Origin: Bacilli bacterium | GTDB lineage: Bacteria; Bacillota_I; Bacilli_A; RFN20; CAG-826 | Direction: 5' to 3' | Assembly: GCA_017479485.1 (NCBI GenBank) | Contig: JAFVCC010000084.1 | Coordinates: forward strand, 17,958 to 81,957 | Length of the DNA: 64,000 nt | Shown: one piece after another, positions 56,976 to 64,000 of the stretch | Layout of the letters: each line of letters opens with the position of its first letter | Numbering within the stretch: the stretch's first letter is position 1 | Made by a program: the position numbers and the translations under genes | The notes under the pieces: model-generated | Told to the model about the DNA's origin: nothing | The model's input: the letters and a program-made list of their open reading frames with translations, nothing else | The model's database searches: none

Positions 56976-59966
56976 ATGAAAACCATAATCGACACCTTAG
57001 CGGAATTTACCGCCGCCACCCCCAATAACGCCATCCTTTTCGATGAAGCGCACAACAAGGGCATCACTTATGCCCAACTTGACGACCTTTCTGGCCGCGT
57101 CTATGCCTTCTTGAAAAACAACGGCATCGGTAAAGAAGACTTTGTCTTAATTGACTTGCCTCGCGGCGTCATGCCCATCATCGCCATGATCGGCATTTGG
57201 AAAGCCGGCGCGGCATGGGCGCTAGTTGAAGATACCTATGCGCCAGAACGTATCGCTTATATCCGCAAGGACTGCGGCTGCAAGTTCGAACTTTCTTCCG
57301 CCAATTGGGATGACGTCATGCACACCGACCCCCTCTCGGGACACGAAAACCCCGATGAACACGACGCCGCCTACGCCATCTATACTTCTGGCACCACCGG
57401 CAATCCTAAGGGCGTCCTCCACGAATATGGCAACTTGGGTCGCGCTATCGACTCCATCCGCGTCCATGGCGAAGTTCCCTTCAACAGCAAAGACCGCCTC
57501 GCGCTTCTTGCTCCGCTGAACTTCGTCGCCTCGGTCATCGTCATTCTCACCGCTTTAAGCGTCCACTGCGGCAAAACCTTCGTCGTCAGCTACGCCACCA
57601 TCAAGAACCCGATGGCGCTCAAGATGTTCTTCTTCGAGAAGCGCATCTCCATCACCTTCCTCACGCCGTCCTACGTCCGCATGCTTGGAAACCAGACCGG
57701 GCCCTTCCTCCGCATGCTCTTCGTCGGCAGCGAACCTGCGAACAACATCTACAACAAGAACCTCGATCTAATCAACATCTATGCCTGCTCCGAATCGGGC
57801 TTTGCCGTCGGCGTTTTCCCCATCGACAAAGCCTACGATACCTGCCCCATCGGCAAGCCAGAAGTCGAGACCCGCATCGTCTTGCTCGGCGAAGATGGCA
57901 ACGAAGTCCCCGATGGAGAAATCGGCGAACTCTGCTTCGAAAACCCCTTCGTTCGTGGCTATATGCACCTCGAGGAAGAGACCTCCCGCGCCTTCGTTAA
58001 CGGCCTCTATCATACTGGCGACTTAGCCCGTCGCGACGAGAATGGCTGCTATGTCTTGCTCGGCCGTTCCAACGACATGATCAAGATTAACGGCAACCGT
58101 ATCGAACCCGCCGAAATCGAAGCCGCAGTCAAACAGGTCCTCGGCGTTTCTTGGGCCGCTGCCCGTGGCTTTGAGGAAGCCGGCAAGAGCTACCTCTGCG
58201 CCTACTATAAAGACGATGTCACCTTCGATCCGAACGAAGTCCGTGAGAAGATGCTCCAGCGTCTCCCCTACTACATGATCCCGGCCTACTACGTCAAAGT
58301 GGACCGCATCCCGCTTAAGCCCAACGGCAAACTCGACCGCAACGCCCTCCCCAAACCCGACGCCAGCGACTTCAAGAGCAAATATGTCGCGCCGACCAAC
58401 GAGACCGAAGAGAAGATCTGCCACGCGATGGAGAAGGTCCTCAAAGTGGAACGCGTCGGTATCAATGACGACTTCTATGAACTCGGCGGCGATTCCCTCG
58501 GCTCCATCCAGGTCATCGTCAACGCCGAACTCCCCGGGCTCAACGCCAGCGAGATCTTCCGTGGCCGCACTCCCGAAAAGATTGCCAAGCTCTACGAAGA
58601 AAACCACGCCCAGCAAGATGGCGAATCTCCGGAAGCGAAGAACGCCGCGGCCATGAAAGTCGACCACCCGCTCACCCAAGAACAGCTCTATATGGTCGAC
58701 TATCAGCTCTACACGCCGAAATCGACGATGTACAACCTCTTCTCCATGATGAAGGTGGACAAAGAAACCTTCGACATGCAGAAGCTCGCTGAGACGATGC
58801 AAGCCATCATCCGCAACCACCCTGCGCTTCTTACTACCTTCCACTTCAATGACGACGGCGAAATCGTCCAGCGTTACACCCCCGAAGTCCTGCAAGACAT
58901 CCACGTGGAGAAGCTCAGTGAATTCGAGTTCGAATCCTTAAAGGACACCCTCGTTCTTCCCTTCAAGATCATCGGTGGCTGCCTCTATCGTTGCCGCGTC
59001 TTCGAGACCGAAAAGAACGGATATGTCTTCTTTGACGTCCACCACACCGTCTTTGATGGCACCTCGCTCAAGGTATTCATGGGCAACGTTGGCAAAGCCT
59101 ACATGGGCATGATGCCAGACCCCGACTTCTATTACCTCATGCTCGCAAGGCGCGAAGAATCGACGAAGACCGCCTTCTACAATGAGTCCAAGGAATATTT
59201 CGAAAAGCTCTACGACAACGTGGAATGGTCCTCTTACCCCCATATCGACCACGAGTCCCGCGAAAACGAAATGGGCGAGCTCTTCGCTCCCTTTGGCATC
59301 GAGCAAGGGCAGATGGCCGCGATGGAACGCATCTACCGCATTAGCCGTAATGAATTCTTCATCTCCGCAGCGGTCCTCGCCATCTCCATGTACAACAACA
59401 AAAACGACATCAAGATCTCCTGGATCTATAACGGACGTGAAGACATGCAGATGATGTCCACGGTCGGTTTGCTCTTCCGCGATCTTCCCATCGGCGTACA
59501 TTTGGACGAAAAGATGACACTCCGTCAACTCTTTGCAGAAATCCATAACCAGGTCCAAGGTGGCATCGAGCATAGCTGCTATGCCTATGTGGACACCCAT
59601 AACCAAGTTGCTAATGGCGAATCTGCCTACCTCCTCTATCAGCAGGATATCCGCGATATGGGCGGGATGGATGGCATGAACATCGAGACGGTCGATATCC
59701 GTCAGAACCAAGCCGCTTCGCAGACCATCCTCGACATGGAAATCCTCGACGGCAAGGAAGGCCTCATGCTCATGATGGACTATGCCGCGAGCCGCTATAC
59801 CCGCGCCTCCATGGAGAAGTACTGCGACCTCTTAGTCCGCACCGCTCAAGCCATGATCACCCACAACTCGCAAGACGACGTGACCCTCGGCCAACTCCGC
59901 GCCAAGCTCCAAGACAAGAAGAACTTCTTCGCCCGCGTCGTCAGCCTCTTCCGCAGGAAGAAATAA
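56976..59966 (+). CDS. single-module nonribosomal peptide synthetase, domain order A-T-C
   Basis: A-domain cores: A3 'YTSGTTGNPKGV', A5 'NIYACSESG', A7 'YHTGDL', A8 'GRSNDMIKINGNRIEPAEIE' and A10 'PNGKLDR'. The A4 region reads 'LNFVASVIVIL' (Asp235 replaced by Val). T domain 'FYELGGDSLGSIQV'. C domain with C1 'PLTQEQLYMV', C2 'RNHPALLTTF' and C3 'DVHHTVFDGTS'. Confidence 0.9.
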   Translation: MKTIIDTLAEFTAATPNNAILFDEAHNKGITYAQLDDLSGRVYAFLKNNGIGKEDFVLIDLPRGVMPIIAMIGIWKAGAAWALVEDTYAPERIAYIRKDCGCKFELSSANWDDVMHTDPLSGHENPDEHDAAYAIYTSGTTGNPKGVLHEYGNLGRAIDSIRVHGEVPFNSKDRLALLAPLNFVASVIVILTALSVHCGKTFVVSYATIKNPMALKMFFFEKRISITFLTPSYVRMLGNQTGPFLRMLFVGSEPANNIYNKNLDLINIYACSESGFAVGVFPIDKAYDTCPIGKPEVETRIVLLGEDGNEVPDGEIGELCFENPFVRGYMHLEEETSRAFVNGLYHTGDLARRDENGCYVLLGRSNDMIKINGNRIEPAEIEAAVKQVLGVSWAAARGFEEAGKSYLCAYYKDDVTFDPNEVREKMLQRLPYYMIPAYYVKVDRIPLKPNGKLDRNALPKPDASDFKSKYVAPTNETEEKICHAMEKVLKVERVGINDDFYELGGDSLGSIQVIVNAELPGLNASEIFRGRTPEKIAKLYEENHAQQDGESPEAKNAAAMKVDHPLTQEQLYMVDYQLYTPKSTMYNLFSMMKVDKETFDMQKLAETMQAIIRNHPALLTTFHFNDDGEIVQRYTPEVLQDIHVEKLSEFEFESLKDTLVLPFKIIGGCLYRCRVFETEKNGYVFFDVHHTVFDGTSLKVFMGNVGKAYMGMMPDPDFYYLMLARREESTKTAFYNESKEYFEKLYDNVEWSSYPHIDHESRENEMGELFAPFGIEQGQMAAMERIYRISRNEFFISAAVLAISMYNNKNDIKISWIYNGREDMQMMSTVGLLFRDLPIGVHLDEKMTLRQLFAEIHNQVQGGIEHSCYAYVDTHNQVANGESAYLLYQQDIRDMGGMDGMNIETVDIRQNQAASQTILDMEILDGKEGLMLMMDYAASRYTRASMEKYCDLLVRTAQAMITHNSQDDVTLGQLRAKLQDKKNFFARVVSLFRRKK

Positions 59967-59969
59967 AGC

Positions 59970-61640
59970 ATGTCCAAGAAATCCATCGAAAAAGACATCG
60001 AGCGCCAAATGCTCGCGCTTTATGGTGAGAATAAAACCCTCACCGAAAACCCCGACCCCGAGCATAGTGTCACGTGCTCTAACGGCACTTTCGTCCCGAA
60101 AGTCGAGGGCACCATCTCCGCATTCCGGGGCATCCCTTTTGCGTTGCCTCCAATTCATGAAAGAAGGTGGCGGGCACCCGAACCCGTACCCGACGAAAAT
60201 GAGATCCGCGAGGCTTTCTATAACGCAAAAAGTCCCATCCAAACGCGGATTCCCTCCGAACGGTCTTCCTTCTATCCCCAAAGTGAAGATTGCCTCTATC
60301 TGAACGTCTGGACCAACTCCGCCTGCAAAGACCGGAACAAGCCCATCATGGTTTTCATCCATGGTGGCTCCTATGGTTGGGGAGGAACGGTCGACCCCTT
60401 ATACGACGGCAGGAATTTCATCGCCGACCACCCCGACGTCGTCTTAATCACCATCGCCTACCGCGTGGGTATCTTCGGTTTTATTGACCTTAGCTACCTT
60501 GAGGGCAGCGATGGATACGAAGATTCGACGAACCTCGGCCTTTTAGATCAAATCGAGGCCTTGCGCTGGATACAGCGTAACGGCGCCGCCTTTGGAGGCG
60601 ATACCGCTAACGTCACCATCTTTGGCGAATCTGCAGGCGGTGGATCGGTTTCTTTATTGCCGTTAATCAAGCAAGCGGACGGACTCTTCCGTCGCGTCAT
60701 CGCCGAAAGCGGCTCTGTCGCCTTCACCTTTTCCCGCGAAGAATGCAAGGTCTTCACCACGCGTTTAATGGAGTATGCCAAGACGACTTCCTTGGACGAT
60801 TTACTTTCCATGTCCACGGAAGAAATCGCAAAAATCAACGTAAAACTCAATGATTTTAATAATTTCCCGATGCGTGACGGCCGCATTGTCCCCTTCGATC
60901 CTTATGCGGAATACGAACGTGGGGTGACGCGGAAAATCGACATGCTTGCGGGAAGCAACGAGAACGAAATGAACTATTGGATTGGCGAGGTTGGAGGGAT
61001 CTTCCCCTACTGCATCGGCTCCTTCTACAAGTTCAACCATGACTCAAAAAGCCTCGCTCCCGTGGACCGAAAGCGCGTGAAGAGCTTCCTAAAAACCGTG
61101 CGCCGAACCTACATTTGGAAGCTTACGGAATTTTACAACGACCTCATGTTCCGCCTGCCCGCCATCAAGCAAGCCGACGAGCATGCGAATAGCGGCGGCA
61201 AATCCTACCTCTACTTCTGGAGGGAACCTTCTCACATTTTCTTGCGTCGCGCCTGCCACGCCGTGGAACTCGCTTACGTCTTCCGTAATATCGATGACAC
61301 GGTTTATACGGGCAAAAGAGCCGACGATGAGCTCTCCAAAGAGGTTGCTCAAATGTGGGTCAATTTTGCAAAAACAGGGGACCCGTCAACGCAAAATCAT
61401 CAATGGCCGGCCTATAACGCCATCACCAAATTAACCATGACGTTCAAGGCAAATCAGGTATACGTTGCTGGCGATATCGCCGCGCAGCGTCGGGAGCTCC
61501 TCTACCCCTTGCTGCCCCTGATGATCACCCCAAGTTACGCCAATTTGGACGGGGAAGCCCCATTCATGGCGGAGGTAAGCTACATCATCGCAGCAGCACT
61601 CTCCTCATTGATCGTGTCCATCGGCGGACTCTTCCATTAA
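59970..61640 (+). CDS. carboxylesterase type B family protein with a C-terminal TM anchor (paralogue 3)
   Basis: 'EDCLYLNVW', 'IHGGS', 'GESAGGGS' and a C-terminal hydrophobic helix 'VSYIIAAALSSLIVSIGGLF'. Starts 4 nt after the NRPS stop. Confidence 0.88.
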   Translation: MSKKSIEKDIERQMLALYGENKTLTENPDPEHSVTCSNGTFVPKVEGTISAFRGIPFALPPIHERRWRAPEPVPDENEIREAFYNAKSPIQTRIPSERSSFYPQSEDCLYLNVWTNSACKDRNKPIMVFIHGGSYGWGGTVDPLYDGRNFIADHPDVVLITIAYRVGIFGFIDLSYLEGSDGYEDSTNLGLLDQIEALRWIQRNGAAFGGDTANVTIFGESAGGGSVSLLPLIKQADGLFRRVIAESGSVAFTFSREECKVFTTRLMEYAKTTSLDDLLSMSTEEIAKINVKLNDFNNFPMRDGRIVPFDPYAEYERGVTRKIDMLAGSNENEMNYWIGEVGGIFPYCIGSFYKFNHDSKSLAPVDRKRVKSFLKTVRRTYIWKLTEFYNDLMFRLPAIKQADEHANSGGKSYLYFWREPSHIFLRRACHAVELAYVFRNIDDTVYTGKRADDELSKEVAQMWVNFAKTGDPSTQNHQWPAYNAITKLTMTFKANQVYVAGDIAAQRRELLYPLLPLMITPSYANLDGEAPFMAEVSYIIAAALSSLIVSIGGLFH

Positions 61641-61651
61641 GCGAATGCGTT

Positions 61652-61690
61652 AAAAGCGGCTCATCTCAAATCATGGGCCGCTTTTTGTTA
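61652..61690. terminator. bidirectional intrinsic terminator between esterase 3 and the PHP gene
   Basis: AAAAGCGGC...GCCGCTTTTTG hairpin flanked by A-runs and T-runs on either side. Confidence 0.6.
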
Positions 61691-61698
61691 TCCTGCGC

Positions 61699-62499
61699 TT
61701 AGCTACGATGCTTTAGCTTTGGCGCGACAATGTGGAGATTGTGCGCCTTAGCAAATGTTTCGAAACGGGAATAGGAAGTCGTCCGGTATTCCTCGGGGCG
61801 ATGGGCGTCAACGCCGAAGACCACATCGGAACCCACCTGTGAAACAATGTCCCAAAACTTGCCATAAGGATAGTCAATCGCGCCGCGCTCATCCGGCAAC
61901 GAGGACCTTCCATGAGCCATATTGACTTCTAAAGGCACGCCAAGCCGCTTGGATGCTCCCGCGATAGCGAATGCGCATTCTATGGTCGCGTGGTTCCACT
62001 CGCGCCCAAAGATCAAGAAGAAATCAGGGTGAGCTACATAGGCAAATAGCCCCGTCTCCATGCCACGAATGACGTCGTCCGTGTAATGGCGGACCGCCGC
62101 CTCGTAAGTAGTGTCACGGATATACCAGTGCATGGCGTTATCGCAGAAGAAATAATGCTGCCCAAGGATGAGGTAATCAATTTTTCCTTCATCGAGCAAA
62201 CGCCGGTAATACTCTTCAAACTCCGGAATATACTCCGCTTCAAAGCCGGCATAGATATCCATTTGCTTTGCGTAATTCTTCCTTAAGGAACGTATGGATG
62301 CTAGATAATCGTTCAATAATTCATAGTCGCCACGCATGCCAGGCTGAGTAAGACCGGGTAAAAACACATGATCGGAGAAGCCAAGCTCCTTTATGTCGAC
62401 GTCCAATGCGGCTTGGACATATTCTTCATCTTCGCCCTCGGCGTGTCCGCAGCGCTTTGTATGGGAATGAATGTTGTATTTCCAAGGGCATTGTTCCAT
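61699..62499 (-). CDS. PHP-domain phosphoesterase (histidinol-phosphatase HisJ/HisK family)
   Basis: 'NIHSHTKRCGHA' H-x-H motif and further conserved His/Asp ligands ('HPD', 'GVDAH'). Start at MEQCPWKYN. Confidence 0.8.
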   Translation of the reverse strand: MEQCPWKYNIHSHTKRCGHAEGEDEEYVQAALDVDIKELGFSDHVFLPGLTQPGMRGDYELLNDYLASIRSLRKNYAKQMDIYAGFEAEYIPEFEEYYRRLLDEGKIDYLILGQHYFFCDNAMHWYIRDTTYEAAVRHYTDDVIRGMETGLFAYVAHPDFFLIFGREWNHATIECAFAIAGASKRLGVPLEVNMAHGRSSLPDERGAIDYPYGKFWDIVSQVGSDVVFGVDAHRPEEYRTTSYSRFETFAKAHNLHIVAPKLKHRS

Positions 62500-62679
62500 A
62501 TGACCATAGAATATACCCCACAGGTGATTTGTCAAAATCGATTCCTCGCGGTTGCATCCCTAATCCCTTTTCTTGTGGAAAAAGAAGCCGCTTTTGCAGA
62601 GTAATCCATAGAAATTGCCTCATGCACGCGCACGTAACGTTGTTTCCAAGACATACAGTTCCTATAATATCGACGCTTT

Positions 62680-64000
62680 ATGGGTCGTTTGGTGAGCTGG
62701 CTAAAGAATCATTATCCAGCATTGGTCATCGCGGGGGCAGTTTTCTTTTCCGTCACGTTTGCTTCGCAGTGTTCTTTTTTATATCGCTGGAATAGCTGGA
62801 ACGATGTCCATTGCTACTACACCGTGGCCATGATGATGCGTAACGGCAGCGTCCTCTACCGCGACATCTGCGAGCACAAAGGCCCCTACTTCTATTTCCT
62901 CCATTACGCCGCAAGCGGCATGACTCCAGGTAGTTTTCTTGGCATGTACTTCGTGGAACTAATCTATGGCTGGGTCTTCGCCTATGCGAGTTACAAAACG
63001 CTGAAACTATTCATTCCTAGCGCGATGAGGTGCACGATTGGGACCACCGCGATTCTCGTCGCCTTCTATATCCCCATTAGCTTCTTCCACGGAGATTCCG
63101 TCGAAGAGATGATGACCCCTTTATACGCCCTATCGCTCTATTGGCTTCTAAAGATGGTCAAAACCGGTAATGAAATGCGCTGGTATGAATTGGGCCTATC
63201 AGGATTGTTCTGCGGTCTTGCGATGCTCTCCAAATTCAACCTCACGTCCTTCTATCTTGGGTTTGGAATCGCGGCATTTGTGCTGTTCTGCATGAAACAC
63301 CGCGTTAAGCAAGGGTTTTTGGCAGCACTATACTTCCTCCTTGGATTCGTTCTTTCAACAATCCCTGCACTCATCTATCTTGGCTTAACGCAAAGCTTCG
63401 GAGACTTCTTTGATATTTATGTCTATCGGAATCTCTTCAGCTATTCCACCGCCGCTCCATTAGAGCCCCGGGAGAGACTTAAGATGATGGGGCTGGTCGT
63501 CGTCACGCGCTACGCATTTGGTTACACCTATTACTTGCTGATTATCCCCGCCATTATCTACGCCATCATAACCAAGAAATATCAGAACCTTCCGCTTCTT
63601 GTCTCCCTATTCCTTCCTTACACCATCTTGAACCTCGCCTTAATCATCGGCGGAGTTTCCTACATGTATTACGGCCAACCCAATGCCGTATTCGCTTTCC
63701 TAGGCATCGTCATGATTGACCGTCTTTTGCAGCGTAGTCCAAAGGCGGTCGCCTTTACAAAGAAGCACAATAAGAAAATCGTCCCGTTATCTTTCGTCGC
63801 CCTTGCCTTGCTATCCTTCTTTGGAACGCCAAACATGCCCCAGATGTTCGTGAAAGAAGAAGATATCCCACAATATCAAATGAAGGCGATCATTGAGAAA
63901 GAAGAAAATCCAACTTTGTTGAACTATGGAACTTTAGACGCTGGTTTATACGGGCTTTGCAACATCCTTCCTACCACCAAATATTTCATGGGAAATAACG
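62680..64000 (+). CDS. integral-membrane glycosyltransferase, GT39/GT83-like (PMT/ArnT family). Partial; it continues beyond the window end.
   Basis: Open frame from ATG 62680 to the window end with 10 or more TM helices and a first extracytoplasmic loop after TM1. Not in the ORF track because it lacks a stop. TATAAT -10 at 62664. Confidence 0.55.
   Translation, partial: MGRLVSWLKNHYPALVIAGAVFFSVTFASQCSFLYRWNSWNDVHCYYTVAMMMRNGSVLYRDICEHKGPYFYFLHYAASGMTPGSFLGMYFVELIYGWVFAYASYKTLKLFIPSAMRCTIGTTAILVAFYIPISFFHGDSVEEMMTPLYALSLYWLLKMVKTGNEMRWYELGLSGLFCGLAMLSKFNLTSFYLGFGIAAFVLFCMKHRVKQGFLAALYFLLGFVLSTIPALIYLGLTQSFGDFFDIYVYRNLFSYSTAAPLEPRERLKMMGLVVVTRYAFGYTYYLLIIPAIIYAIITKKYQNLPLLVSLFLPYTILNLALIIGGVSYMYYGQPNAVFAFLGIVMIDRLLQRSPKAVAFTKKHNKKIVPLSFVALALLSFFGTPNMPQMFVKEEDIPQYQMKAIIEKEENPTLLNYGTLDAGLYGLCNILPTTKYFMGNN

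Overview
This 64-kb window comes from a Bacillota (Firmicutes)-type chromosome of roughly 53-55% GC. It is densely packed, with frequent start/stop overlaps and a minus-strand bias over the first 35 kb. No rRNA, tRNA, CRISPR array, transposase or integrase was recognised by eye. Region 1-46.5 kb carries core housekeeping genes with Bacillus subtilis-like local synteny: rpoE(partial)-argS-ispF-ychF, csp, two tandem MacB-type fused ABC proteins, DUF951, fhs, miaA-miaB, ymdB-rny, recA-cinA-pgsA, the RNase P RNA gene next to gpsB, a KapD-like exonuclease, recU, nth-dnaD, a minimal CCA-type nucleotidyltransferase, hbs, der-cmk, fer, an FMN riboswitch controlling an ECF S-component (ribU), parB-parA-rsmG-mnmG directly abutting sufCDSUB, two tandem giant lipoproteins, hit, yhaM, recX, a GT4 plus MprF-flippase-like pair, LMW-PTP and recN. 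Region 46.6-64 kb looks accessory. It holds three paralogous type-B carboxylesterases with different membrane anchoring, an FNT channel, an aldo/keto reductase, an ABC exporter, a NERD protein, an orphan anti-sigma-type kinase, a GH31 glycosidase, a single-module NRPS (A-T-C) whose A domain lacks the conserved Asp235, a PHP phosphatase and a GT39-like membrane glycosyltransferase. The most notable items are the NRPS-esterase locus, a MiaB-YmcA(RicA) fusion two genes from rny, a Fur-family-style 7-1-7 palindrome overlapping the promoter of the lipoprotein operon, the half-size CCA enzyme and the half-size SufD. Many long antisense ORFs in the six-frame track are GC-driven shadow frames and were rejected. 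All identifications are by eye from the translations and sequence; no searches were run.
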